The notes: generated by a model from the sequence alone, not told the origin. A stretch of 64,000 nt of DNA from Clostridiales bacterium (GCA_009779405.1 WREI01000002.1:3611-67610), one strand, 5' to 3'. Counted from the stretch's first letter, positions 1 through 9,445 are shown. Numbers and translations: made by a program.

Positions 1-2
1 AT

Positions 3-605
3 CAAGGAATATCCACAAAGGTACTGACAAACGAATGCCGATTGTCCTATTCCCACCTCAATCAGCCGTATGCGCAGACCCCGACCAGTGACCCGAAATA
101 CTCCGTCACATTGCTTATCCCGAAATCCGACACCGTGACCGTGGAGAACATCCGGCAATCCATCGAAGCCGCGGCGAAAGACGGACAGGGGCGGCTTTGG
201 AATGGTGTGCGCCCGCCCGTGCTGCCCATCCCCCTGCATGACGGTGACGGTGTCCGTGAGAATGGCACACCGTTTGGGCCTGAGTGCAAAGGCCATTGGG
301 TGATGACAGCTTCCAGCAAGCAAAAGCCCGGTGTCCGCCACATCTGCGACCACAGTACCGAACTTGCGCCGCAGGACGTGTACAGCGGTATGTACGGGCG
401 TGTCACAATCAATTTCTTCCCGTACAACTCCAACGGCAAGCGCGGCGTCGGTTGTGGCCTCGGCAATGTGCTGAAAATCCGCGACGGTGAACCGCTGGGC
501 GGCGGCGCATCCCCCGAAGCGGACTTTGCTGGCATAACGCAAACCCCTGCGGCAATAGCGCAGCCTGCCATAAACCCGCTGACGGGCCTACCCTACTCCG
601 CGTAA
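3..605 (+). CDS. DUF2815-family phage protein (ssDNA-binding-like), 5' end probably truncated by window edge
   Basis: Frame is open to window start (..TKVLTNECRLSYSHLNQPY..). N-terminal pattern and the position next to a phage PolA are typical of DUF2815. Confidence 0.75.
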   Translation, partial: QGISTKVLTNECRLSYSHLNQPYAQTPTSDPKYSVTLLIPKSDTVTVENIRQSIEAAAKDGQGRLWNGVRPPVLPIPLHDGDGVRENGTPFGPECKGHWVMTASSKQKPGVRHICDHSTELAPQDVYSGMYGRVTINFFPYNSNGKRGVGCGLGNVLKIRDGEPLGGGASPEADFAGITQTPAAIAQPAINPLTGLPYSA

Positions 606-684
606 TCCCTATTTGCGTTTCTAAGCCGTTGTACGCATAAACAGCGGCATTCCACTACCCAAAAACTGAAAAGGAGCCACCATT

Positions 685-1191
685 ATGGAACTGTGGAAAG
701 ACATTCCCGGATATGAAGGAGCGTATCAAGTCAGCAGCTTAGGCAGAGTAAAAAGCTTAGAGAGAAAAGTATGTTGCCGTAACAACGGTATCAGAACCGT
801 TTCAGAGCGCATATTGCGCCCAGGAAAATATTGCAAGGCGGGGCATTTATCTGTTGCATTGGGTAGAAGCAAACCATGCGCGCCCGTACATCAACTTGTT
901 TTAGCGGCGTTCGTCCGTGATATGAAGCCCGCAGAAGAGGTGCGCCACATCAACGGAAATCCAACGGATAATCGCTTAGAAAATCTATTTTACGGTAGCA
1001 GGACTGAAAACATACTTGACGTTTTTCGGCAAGGAAAAAGGTGGCGCAAACTGAACTTGTCTGACGTCTCTGAAATACGAACAGCTTTACAAAGAGGAGA
1101 AACGGGGCGCAATTTGGCAAGACTGTATGGCGTGTCAGAGAACTGCATCTCCGCAATTAAAACGGGGAGGACATTTTCATGGGCACCGTAA
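685..1191 (+). CDS. HNH homing endonuclease (NUMOD4 + HNH_3-like)
   Basis: N-terminus WKDIPGYEGAYQVSSLGRVKS (NUMOD4-like), then HQLVLAAF..VRHINGNPTDNRLENL (HNH). SD AAAAGGAG lies upstream. Confidence 0.85.
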   Translation: MELWKDIPGYEGAYQVSSLGRVKSLERKVCCRNNGIRTVSERILRPGKYCKAGHLSVALGRSKPCAPVHQLVLAAFVRDMKPAEEVRHINGNPTDNRLENLFYGSRTENILDVFRQGKRWRKLNLSDVSEIRTALQRGETGRNLARLYGVSENCISAIKTGRTFSWAP

Positions 1192-3203
1192 TACGTCATC
1201 TTTCATTGGATTTAGAAACATATAGCCCCGAACCCATAGCAAAAGCAGGGTTGTATCGCTATGTGGAACATCCCGACTTTGAAATCCTGCTTTGTGCCTA
1301 TTCCATCGACGGGGAGCAGCCGCGTGTCATTGACGTGTGCAAGGCAAGGCAGGGCTATTCTGATTCATTGTCGGCGTGGCTGGATGTCCTGCAACTCATA
1401 GAAGACCCCGACTATATCAAGCACGCATATAACGCGCCATTCGAGGTCTGCTGCTTGTCAAAGATTGTCGGCCACCCGTTGGACGCATCGCAATGGCGAT
1501 GCACCATGCTCCACGGCCTGTATTGCGGCTTACCCGCGGGCTTAGACGCTGTGGGCAAAGCTATGGGGCTGCCGCAGGAAAAGCAAAAGCTGAATACAGG
1601 GAGAGTGCTTATCAAGTATTTTTGTGTCCCCTGTAATGCAACAATCGCCAATGGACACCGCACCCGCAACCTACCCCAGCACGACCCCGCAAAGTGGCAG
1701 CTGTTTATGGAATACTGCGCGGGGGACGTAGTAGCCGAAATGGAAATCCTACGCCGCCTATCCGCTTTCCCCGTGCCGGGATTTATTCAAAAACAATGGG
1801 AAACCGACCAACGCATAAATGGGCGTGGGGTTGCTGTGGATATGGAGCTTGTAACAAGTGCCGTGTCTATCGGACTGCATACCCGGCAGCAGCTCATGCA
1901 GGAGGCGAAAGAGCTTACAGGGCTGTCCAATCCAAACAGTACCGCGCAGCTCACAGCGTGGCTCAACGAAGCGGAAGAAGACGAGGAAATCAGCAACCTG
2001 CGCAAAGACACCGTAAGGGAACTGCTGGAAAGAGATTTAAGCAGTGTGGCAGCGCGGCGCGTACTGGAAATCAGACAGGAGTTAAGCAAAACCAGCACAA
2101 AAAAATATGATTCCATTTGTACATCCGTTTGCAAAGATGGGCGGGTGCGCGGACTGCTGCAATACTATGGCGCGGGCCGTACGGGCCGCTGGGCCGGGCG
2201 GCTGGTGCAAGTGCATAACCTCCCCCGCACCTATATAGAGCCGCTGGTGCTGGCCCGCAACGCGATAAAAACCCGCCAGTTTGATACTGTGCGCTTATTG
2301 TGGGGGTCTATCCCCGATACACTTTCCCAGCTGATACGGACGGCCTTTATCGCCCCTGAGGGGCACATCCTGCTGGATGCCGACTTCTCCGCCATAGAAA
2401 CGCGTGTTATCGCGTGGCTGGCGGGCGAGGAATGGAAGCTTGAAGTTTTTCAAACTCACGGAAAAATCTACGAAGCTTCTGCCGCGCTGATGTTCGGCGT
2501 ACCTATGGAATTAATTAAAAAGGGAAATCCAGAATATGAATTGCGTCAACGCGGAAAAATCGCAGAACTCGGATTAGGCTATGGAATGGGCGCAACAAAA
2601 TTCCGGGATACCGCAGAATCGCAATATAATGTGATCTTTACCATCGAAGAAGCGACGGAACTTGTGAATCGGTGGCGCAGTTCAAACCCGCGCATATGTG
2701 CCCTGTGGCAGGCTATCGGAGATGCTGCGAGGGCCACCGTTGAAACGGGCAAACCTATGTCAACGCATCACATAAATTTTATCCGCCAATACGACCAGCA
2801 AAGTGGGCTTAATTATCTGAACATTGTTTTGCCCAGCGGGCGGATGCTGTTTTACACGCACCCCACCCCCGCCACAGACCAATGGGGCAGGCCCTCCATT
2901 GCCTTCATGGGCGTAGACCAAACCAAGAAGACGTGGGGCCGAATCGAAACCTACGGCGGCAAACTGGTTGAGAATATCGTGCAGGCCATCGCCCGCGACT
3001 GCTTGGCGGAGGCGATAGAGCAGCTGGAAGAGATGGGCTACCGCATAACCTTCCACGTGCATGACGAGGTTGTAATTGAGGTGCCCATTGAACAAGCCAA
3101 CCTTGTAGCAGTATGTGAAATTATGTCAATGCCGCCCTTATGGGCGCTGAACCTGCCCCTTGGCGCGGATGGCTGGGTGAACGAATTTTATAAAAAGGAT
3201 TGA
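1179..3203 (+). CDS. Family A DNA polymerase with 3'-5' exonuclease domain (phage type)
   Basis: Exo motif LDLETYS; Pol motif A DFSAIETRVIAWLAGE; motif B RQRGKIAELGLGYGMG; motif C HVHDEVVIE. Confidence 0.95.
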   Translation: MGTVIRHLSLDLETYSPEPIAKAGLYRYVEHPDFEILLCAYSIDGEQPRVIDVCKARQGYSDSLSAWLDVLQLIEDPDYIKHAYNAPFEVCCLSKIVGHPLDASQWRCTMLHGLYCGLPAGLDAVGKAMGLPQEKQKLNTGRVLIKYFCVPCNATIANGHRTRNLPQHDPAKWQLFMEYCAGDVVAEMEILRRLSAFPVPGFIQKQWETDQRINGRGVAVDMELVTSAVSIGLHTRQQLMQEAKELTGLSNPNSTAQLTAWLNEAEEDEEISNLRKDTVRELLERDLSSVAARRVLEIRQELSKTSTKKYDSICTSVCKDGRVRGLLQYYGAGRTGRWAGRLVQVHNLPRTYIEPLVLARNAIKTRQFDTVRLLWGSIPDTLSQLIRTAFIAPEGHILLDADFSAIETRVIAWLAGEEWKLEVFQTHGKIYEASAALMFGVPMELIKKGNPEYELRQRGKIAELGLGYGMGATKFRDTAESQYNVIFTIEEATELVNRWRSSNPRICALWQAIGDAARATVETGKPMSTHHINFIRQYDQQSGLNYLNIVLPSGRMLFYTHPTPATDQWGRPSIAFMGVDQTKKTWGRIETYGGKLVENIVQAIARDCLAEAIEQLEEMGYRITFHVHDEVVIEVPIEQANLVAVCEIMSMPPLWALNLPLGADGWVNEFYKKD

Positions 3204-3208
3204 ACGAA

Positions 3209-3478
3209 ATGAAAGGCAATTTGAAAATAATCTATCAGTCGCATAATTATGACCCCGCCGCTATTACGAACTGGTATTTGCACATTGACCTGTCTACGGG
3301 GCTTCCAGTCGTCAACGAAACGGTGAAAACCGCAAAAACGAATAACACCTATCGCAGCTATTATTTGCCGGAAAGCGAGTGGACACGCCACGCCGGCGCG
3401 ATAGCGAAAGCCCAAAAACTCAAAGGGCATTTCCCTTATCAAATTGCAATAAAAGGAGTATTCGGAAATGAGCATTGA
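3209..3478 (+). CDS. Hypothetical phage protein
   Basis: ORF in track (3200..3478). The ATG at 3209 follows the polA stop. No recognisable motif. Confidence 0.5.
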   Translation: MKGNLKIIYQSHNYDPAAITNWYLHIDLSTGLPVVNETVKTAKTNNTYRSYYLPESEWTRHAGAIAKAQKLKGHFPYQIAIKGVFGNEH

Positions 3479-3647
3479 AAAAATCAGGCGCGAATACACG
3501 CCCATATGTGACGGCTGCGGCGAAACGCTTCCCGCAGAAGACGATTTTTATGACGCGGTCGAAGCAAAAAAGAGAGCCGGATGGAGAAGTCAAAAATATG
3601 GCTCTGACTGGTACGACTATTGCCCCGCCTGTCAACAAGAGATTTGA
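3468..3647 (+). CDS. Small (59 aa) zinc-ribbon-like protein, not in ORF track
   Basis: AAAGGAG at 3452-3458, ATG at 3468. Sequence is MSIEKIRREYTPICDGCGETLPAEDDFYDAVEAKKRAGWRSQKYGSDWYDYCPACQQEI* with two CxxC pairs. Confidence 0.6.
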   Translation: MSIEKIRREYTPICDGCGETLPAEDDFYDAVEAKKRAGWRSQKYGSDWYDYCPACQQEI

Positions 3648-3660
3648 GGAGAATGGAGAA

Positions 3661-3978
3661 ATGACCAGACTGGAAGAAATCCGTGCGCGAAGCGAAATGG
3701 CGGCATCAATATACCGCGGGCTTCCAATTCGTTATCGAACATACCTGCAAAATGAAAAGATAGAAGCAACAGCCAAAGACGTCCCCAAGCTATTGGCTGA
3801 GGTCGACCGCCTGACAGCGGAGCGGGATGCAGCGGTGGCGGATATCAAGGCCTTGTTGATGGAATGCGAATGCGAACACAGACATGATTACTGTAAGCGC
3901 GGATATGAGCCGAACGGCTGCACTTCGGATAACTGCAACGATGCGGAATGGCGCGGCCCGCAGGGCGGGGAGGGCTGA
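3661..3978 (+). CDS. Hypothetical phage protein (coiled-coil N-terminus, Cys/His-rich C-terminus)
   Basis: In-frame ATG at 3661 preceded by GAGGAG (3646-3651). The track ORF 3475..3978 overlaps the better small ORF in its first 60 codons. Confidence 0.6.
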   Translation: MTRLEEIRARSEMAASIYRGLPIRYRTYLQNEKIEATAKDVPKLLAEVDRLTAERDAAVADIKALLMECECEHRHDYCKRGYEPNGCTSDNCNDAEWRGPQGGEG

Positions 3979-3979
3979 A

Positions 3980-4216
3980 TTGCTTAAAAGGCATACTTTT
4001 GACCGCGCCCGCTATGAAAAGCAAGCAAGCCTCCTGCGTATGGACATGGAGAAAATGACGCAGCGGGAGCGCGATATGTGGATTTTGGAGTACATCATTA
4101 CAAGCATAGGCGCATATAGCCGTTGGTATCGAATGGGCTTCATAAAGTCCCTACGTCGCACCGTAGAAGTTCTGAAAAGCGTGGATAAGGCAGAAAGGGG
4201 AAAGCACAATGAATAA
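3980..4216 (+). CDS. Hypothetical phage protein
   Basis: Track ORF 3884..4216. An in-frame TTG at 3980, just after the upstream stop and preceded by GGGGAGGG, is the likelier start. Confidence 0.45.
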   Translation: MLKRHTFDRARYEKQASLLRMDMEKMTQRERDMWILEYIITSIGAYSRWYRMGFIKSLRRTVEVLKSVDKAERGKHNE

Positions 4217-4475
4217 CGCAACAAACCAAAAAGTAAAAGCTATCTGCCCGTTTTGCGGAAATGAATACGAACGAGTAATTCCATTTTATGAGATTATCGG
4301 GCATCCCGTTGAAATATACCTTAACTGCAATTGGGAAAGAGGAAATATTGTAAATGGGTATAGGACGAATGACGGGATGGTCAATGTAGACCTCGGAAAC
4401 GACCGTATAGCGTGGTGTGGAATAAAGCGCGCAAATGAATTATTGCGGGAAGTACGTGATGATAAACGACCGTAA
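4209..4475 (+). CDS. Hypothetical phage protein (N-terminal CxxC)
   Basis: ORF with ATGA-type overlap to the upstream gene; CPFCGNEYE motif. Confidence 0.5.
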   Translation: MNNATNQKVKAICPFCGNEYERVIPFYEIIGHPVEIYLNCNWERGNIVNGYRTNDGMVNVDLGNDRIAWCGIKRANELLREVRDDKRP

Positions 4476-6888
4476 AATTACAATCTCCGTAGGAGAGAAT
4501 AGAAAAAGCGTCAACTGGAAGCCGCAAACCCTGTTGCTTTCAGAGTTTTACGAACGCCTGCGCATACCCGCCCGCAGTACGGAAACGGTGTCGGCTTATC
4601 TCGCCATGAAGAAGGTGGATCAGGATAACCTAAAAGACGTGGGCGGCTTTGTAGCGGGCAGCCTCACAGGAACGCGCCGCAAGGCGTCCGCCGTGGCGGG
4701 CAGGGACGTTGTTACGCTTGACCTTGACGCTATACCGCCCGGGAGCACGGCGGACATCCTGCGCCGCGTGGAGGCCTTAGGGTGCGGGTATTGTATTTAC
4801 TCCACCCGCAAACACGCCCCGTCCGCGCCGCGCCTGCGCATCCTGCTACCCCTCGACCGCACGGCGACGGCGGATGAGTACGAACCGCTGGCGCGTAAGA
4901 TGGCGGAGTATATAGGGATGCAGCTTGCAGACCCGACCACCTTTGATGTGTCACGCCTCATGTACTGGCCCAGCGTCTGCGCGGACGGTGAGTACATTTA
5001 CACGTGGCAGGACAAGCCCCTGCTGTCTGTGGACGGCCTGCTTGCCCTATATGAGGACTGGCACAATGTAGCCTCTTGGGCGCGCCACGGCGGCGAAATA
5101 GCGCACACACGGCTTGCGGTGAAGCAGGGAGACCCCACAGCCAAAACGGGCGTTGTGGGCGCATTCTGCCGCTCTTATGGCGTCTGCACGGCAATGGATG
5201 AATTTCTGCCGGGTATCTATGACCCGATGGACAATCTGCCCGACCGCTACACCTTTTTGGGTGGCAGCACCACGGGGGGCGCGGTTGTCTACGATGATGG
5301 CAAATGGCTGTACTCCCACCATGCTACCGACCCATGCGGGGGCAAGCTGGTCAATGCCTTTGACCTTATCCGCCTGCATATGTTCGGGGACAAAGACGAG
5401 ACCGCCGACCCCAATATGGCGCACAACCGCCTGCCGTCCTATCTCGCCATGATGGAGTTTGCCCAGACCCTGCCGCCCGTGGTCGCGGAGCTGGCGCGGG
5501 AGCGGCACGAAAAAACATCAAAGGACTTTGAGGGCATTTCCCAACAGCCGGAAAGTGGACAGACGGACACCCTCGACTGGATGGGGCAATTGGAAATCAA
5601 TTCGCAAACCAACGTCCCGAAAGCGACCATCAATAACTGTCTTATCATTCTTGAAAATGACCCGTTATTGAAAGGGCGGTTTTCCTTAAACCGTTTTTCG
5701 GGGCGCGGGGAGCTGCTGGGCGCGGTGCCGTGGGTGCGGCGCGGCGCATCCGGTGCGTGGGATGATACAGACCTGCACGGGCTGTATTGGTACTTCGAGC
5801 ATCGGCACAAAATCACAGGCACGGGCAAGATTGATGCGGCCCTGTCTCTCCACGCCGCCAAACACAGCTACAACCCCGTGACAGACTTTTTGGACGCGCA
5901 GGTGTGGGACGGTGTGCCGCGGCTGGACACGCTGTTTATGGATTATTTGGGCGCGTTGGATACCCCTTATATCCGTGCCGTGACCCGAAAGGCATTCGTG
6001 GCGGCGGTGGCCCGCGCATACACGCCGGGGTGTAAGTTTGATTGCATGGTAATTCTCGCATCTGCGCAGCAGGGCATAGGCAAATCCACCTTACTGGATA
6101 AAATGTCACGCGGCTTTTTCAACGACAGCATACGCACCTTTGAGGGCAAAGAAGCATTCGAGCTTTTGCAAGGTATTTGGCTTGTCGAGGTGGCAGAATT
6201 GGACGCTTTCCGCACCACGGAGGTGTCCCGTGTGAAGCAGTTTTTAAGCCTCCGCATTGACCGTTTCCGCGCCGCCTACGGGCGCACGGTGCAGGATATG
6301 CCGCGCACCTGCGTCCTGTTTGGTACCGCAAATACATTCGATTATTTGCAAGACCGAACGGGCAACCGCCGCTTTTGGCCCGTGGATTGCGGCAAGCGGG
6401 CACCGAGTAAAAGCATATGGGAAGACCTTGACGCCGAAATCCCGCAGCTGTGGGCGGAGGCAGTCGTGCGATACCGGGCGGACGAGGCGTTGTTTTTGTC
6501 CGGGGAACTGCTGGACAGCGCGGTGGAAGAGCAGGAAGACCACCGCGACCGCGGCGCAAAAGAAGGTATTGTGCGTGAATTTTTAGCCCAACAGGTGCCA
6601 AAGGATTGGCGGGATTGGTCTATCGACCGCCGCAAAGTGTTTTGGGGCGGCGGAGCAACAGGCGATATTAAGCTTGCGGAACGCGATATGGTATGCGTAG
6701 CAGAGGTATGGACTGAGGTTTTCAACGGACGTTTGCAGGATTTGAAGACGCAGGAATCCCGCGAAATCGCCGCCATAATCGCCGTCACCGAAGGGTGGGA
6801 AAGGGCTGGAAGTATGCGATTTGGGAAAGACTACGGCATCCAAAAAGGGTTCAAGAGGCACGTAACTCAGGGCGTAACCGATACGTAA
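4435..6888 (+). CDS. Primase-polymerase / VirE-family P-loop helicase fusion (phage replicative primase-helicase)
   Basis: N-terminal AEP-like motifs (VVTLDLDAI; YSTRKH). C-terminal VirE-like P-loop AQQGIGKSTLLDK. The alternative start at 4453 is equally possible. Confidence 0.85.
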   Translation: MNYCGKYVMINDRKITISVGENRKSVNWKPQTLLLSEFYERLRIPARSTETVSAYLAMKKVDQDNLKDVGGFVAGSLTGTRRKASAVAGRDVVTLDLDAIPPGSTADILRRVEALGCGYCIYSTRKHAPSAPRLRILLPLDRTATADEYEPLARKMAEYIGMQLADPTTFDVSRLMYWPSVCADGEYIYTWQDKPLLSVDGLLALYEDWHNVASWARHGGEIAHTRLAVKQGDPTAKTGVVGAFCRSYGVCTAMDEFLPGIYDPMDNLPDRYTFLGGSTTGGAVVYDDGKWLYSHHATDPCGGKLVNAFDLIRLHMFGDKDETADPNMAHNRLPSYLAMMEFAQTLPPVVAELARERHEKTSKDFEGISQQPESGQTDTLDWMGQLEINSQTNVPKATINNCLIILENDPLLKGRFSLNRFSGRGELLGAVPWVRRGASGAWDDTDLHGLYWYFEHRHKITGTGKIDAALSLHAAKHSYNPVTDFLDAQVWDGVPRLDTLFMDYLGALDTPYIRAVTRKAFVAAVARAYTPGCKFDCMVILASAQQGIGKSTLLDKMSRGFFNDSIRTFEGKEAFELLQGIWLVEVAELDAFRTTEVSRVKQFLSLRIDRFRAAYGRTVQDMPRTCVLFGTANTFDYLQDRTGNRRFWPVDCGKRAPSKSIWEDLDAEIPQLWAEAVVRYRADEALFLSGELLDSAVEEQEDHRDRGAKEGIVREFLAQQVPKDWRDWSIDRRKVFWGGGATGDIKLAERDMVCVAEVWTEVFNGRLQDLKTQESREIAAIIAVTEGWERAGSMRFGKDYGIQKGFKRHVTQGVTDT

Positions 6889-7026
6889 CCGAAGACTGGA
6901 AAGTTACGGATGTTAAATAAAGGATGTAACCGAAGGTAAGACGGTTACGCATGGGTTACGGGGACGGTTACACCTAAAAAATGCTTTATTTATCTACTGT
7001 TTTTGAGGCTTTGTAACCTTGTAACC
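6862..7026. repeat. Iteron-like array: 10 copies of GTAAC(C)/(G)GTTAC flanking an AT-rich tract
   Basis: Direct copies at 6862, 6874, 6885, 6926, 7013 and 7021. Inverted copies at 6903, 6943, 6954 and 6966. AT-rich stretch at 6974-7008. Confidence 0.7.
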
Positions 7027-7182
7027 GAGAAAACAGAAATCAGAGAAAAAGCAGAAAGTTGACAGGTTAGACAGTACGCTGTCCTGTCTATCCGGTCTAA
7101 ATTGTCAAATTGCATAAGTTACACACACACACACCTGCGCACACGTAAACAATATATACGCCAAAAATGGAGGGAAAGCAAA

Positions 7183-7383
7183 ATGGATTGCACAAAATGG
7201 CTCAAAGAATATCCGCAAATGTCCGGCGGTGAGGCAAGATTTGACCACACTCGCATCGCGGCTTGGGATGAAGGATTTACAAATGCTGAGTTGAGGGTGG
7301 CGCGGCGAAAGTTGGGTGTTGTTACGCGGCGTGATGTGTGTGCGGATACATGGTGGTGGGCGTTGCCCGAACAGGTGGACTAA
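7183..7383 (+). CDS. Hypothetical phage protein
   Basis: The internal ATG at 7183 has an SD-like GGAGGGAAAG. The track start at 7102 lies in non-coding-looking sequence that includes the (AC)7 run. Confidence 0.5.
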   Translation: MDCTKWLKEYPQMSGGEARFDHTRIAAWDEGFTNAELRVARRKLGVVTRRDVCADTWWWALPEQVD

Positions 7384-7384
7384 A

Positions 7385-7672
7385 ATGCTGGAAAAGGAAG
7401 TGGAGCGGCGCATGGGCGAGATGGTCAAAAAGCGCGGCGGGCAGTTTTATAAATTCATGTCCCCGGGTATGCCCGGTGTGCCGGACAGGATTTTGATTGT
7501 CCCCGGCGGCAAGATTTGGTTTGTGGAATTGAAGCAAATCGTCGGCACTCTTTCGGGCATCCAAAAGTGGGTGCTTGGTGAGTTGGAGCGCATGGGGTGT
7601 AATGTGCGCGTCATTCGCGGCTGGGACGATGCAAAGACTTTTGTGGCGGAGGTGTTCAAAGATGCTGTTTAA
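7385..7672 (+). CDS. VRR-NUC domain nuclease
   Basis: PD-(D/E)xK-type motif GVPDRILI ... WFVELKQ; ~95 aa; sits next to an SNF2 helicase, as is typical in phages. Confidence 0.8.
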   Translation: MLEKEVERRMGEMVKKRGGQFYKFMSPGMPGVPDRILIVPGGKIWFVELKQIVGTLSGIQKWVLGELERMGCNVRVIRGWDDAKTFVAEVFKDAV

Positions 7673-9023
7673 TCCGTACCCCTATCAGCAATATTGCATT
7701 GACCGCATTGTGAGCGATGCGGCTGTCGGTCTCTTCGTTGAGATGGGCATGGGCAAGAGCGTCATAACCCTGTCCGCCATTTTGGAGCTGCGGTATAATC
7801 GCTGGGCAATTCAAAAGGCGTTGGTTATTGCCCCCAAGAAAGTGTCCGAGGCAACATGGAGTGTTGAAGCACAAAAGTGGGAGCACCTGCGTGGCCTGCG
7901 GGTGCAGGTGGTGGGCGGCAGCCGACAGGCCCGCATCCGGGCATTGGCCACCCCTGCCGACGTCTATGTAATTTCCCGCGACAACACCGAATGGCTGGTG
8001 GAACACTTAGGGCACTCATGGGATTTTGATATGGTGGTGCTGGATGAATCCAGCAGTTTCAAAAATAGCCAAAGCAAGCGGTTTAAGGCTCTCAAATTGG
8101 TGCGCAGTCGCATCACCCGCATGGTGCTGTTGACCGGGACGCCGTCCGCGCAAAGCCTTATGGATTTATGGGCGCAGATATATTTGCTGGATGGCGGAAA
8201 GCGGCTTGGGCGTACCCTTACGACCTACCGAGAGATTTATTTTACACGGGGATGGGATGGGTTTTCATACAAGGCGCGGCAGGGCGCGACGGAACAAATC
8301 CAAAATGCCATATCGGATATTTGCGTGTCCCTGCGGGCGGAGGATTATTTGCAAATGCCGGATTTGGTGGTGGATGACGTGCCTGTGGTGTTGGACAGCA
8401 AAGCGGTGGCGGTTTACAAAGGTTTAGAGCGCGAGCATTTACTGGCCGTGCCTGCCGGCGAGGTGGTGGCGCGCGGCGCGGCAGTGCTTGTGGGCAAGCT
8501 GTTGCAGCTTTGCAATGGCGCGGTTTACGATGACGACAAGGCAGTGCATGAGATTCACCGCGCAAAAATAGACGCGTTCATGGAAGTGGTGGAACAGCTC
8601 CACGGGAAAAGCGTGTTGGTGTTCTATGCTTTTCAGCACGACCGTGACCGCCTGCTTGCCGCGCTGGCAGGCTACCGGGTGCGGGTATATCAGACCCCCG
8701 CGGACGCTGATGCGTGGAATGCCGGGCAACTGGATGTGTTGCTGGCGCATCCGGCAAGCTGCGCCTATGGTATCAACCTGCAACAGGGCGGCCACCACAT
8801 CGTATGGTTTGGGTTGACGCACAGTGCAGAACAGTATTTACAAGGCAATGCCCGCCTTCACAGGCAAGGACAGGGCGCACCCGTGGTTGTGCATAGGCTG
8901 CTTGTGCGCGGCGGCATGGACGAGGATGTGGCGGCGGCTTTGGACGGCAAAGTGGCGATGCAGGACGCCTTACTGAACGCGCTGAAAGTGAGAATACAAA
9001 AAGCAAAGGGGGTGGCAGCTTGA
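7662..9023 (+). CDS. SNF2/DEAD-like helicase
   Basis: Motif I EMGMGKSV, motif II VLDESSSFKN, motif III LLTGTP. ATG at 7662 overlaps the VRR-NUC gene end. Confidence 0.9.
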   Translation: MLFNPYPYQQYCIDRIVSDAAVGLFVEMGMGKSVITLSAILELRYNRWAIQKALVIAPKKVSEATWSVEAQKWEHLRGLRVQVVGGSRQARIRALATPADVYVISRDNTEWLVEHLGHSWDFDMVVLDESSSFKNSQSKRFKALKLVRSRITRMVLLTGTPSAQSLMDLWAQIYLLDGGKRLGRTLTTYREIYFTRGWDGFSYKARQGATEQIQNAISDICVSLRAEDYLQMPDLVVDDVPVVLDSKAVAVYKGLEREHLLAVPAGEVVARGAAVLVGKLLQLCNGAVYDDDKAVHEIHRAKIDAFMEVVEQLHGKSVLVFYAFQHDRDRLLAALAGYRVRVYQTPADADAWNAGQLDVLLAHPASCAYGINLQQGGHHIVWFGLTHSAEQYLQGNARLHRQGQGAPVVVHRLLVRGGMDEDVAAALDGKVAMQDALLNALKVRIQKAKGVAA

Positions 9024-9445
9024 CAGTCTTAGAGAAATTCGAGGTGTTGTGGAATAGAAAAAAGCTGCGATGGGACTTGCAAAACCGTTTGGATAAGTTG
9101 CAGGAAACACTTGACGGGGGTTGCGCTCCATCGGTGCAGTCCAGCAGACTGGCAATACACGTCGGCATTGGTGTTGGATTGCAAGATAAGGTTTCATCGA
9201 CAGTAGATTTTATTTCGGAGTTGAATAGACGACTTGCCGAGATTGACCCGATATGCGATGCCTGCCGCGCCGTAATCAGCCGTATCCCTTACCCCAAAAG
9301 CAGGGAGATTCTAACCCTCAGATTTAATGATGGTTTAACTTTGGATGCAATAGCAAAGCATCTTGAAGTATGCGAAAAAACGGTGCGCAACAGGATAAAA
9401 ATTGCTTTGTCAATAGCCGAAAATCCTATTTATTGGCAATTTTGA
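9020..9445 (+). CDS. Sigma-70 region-4-like HTH protein, putative late-gene activator (RinA/ArpU-like position)
   Basis: C-terminus REILTLRFNDGLTLDAIAKHLEVCEKTVRNRIKIAL. It is the last gene before terS. Confidence 0.65.
   Translation: MTVLEKFEVLWNRKKLRWDLQNRLDKLQETLDGGCAPSVQSSRLAIHVGIGVGLQDKVSSTVDFISELNRRLAEIDPICDACRAVISRIPYPKSREILTLRFNDGLTLDAIAKHLEVCEKTVRNRIKIALSIAENPIYWQF

Noticed and set aside
7102-7182. 5' extension of the 93-aa ORF starting at 7102
   Set aside because: It would translate the (AC)7 run (THTH) and has no SD. The internal ATG at 7183 has an SD-like GGAGGG.
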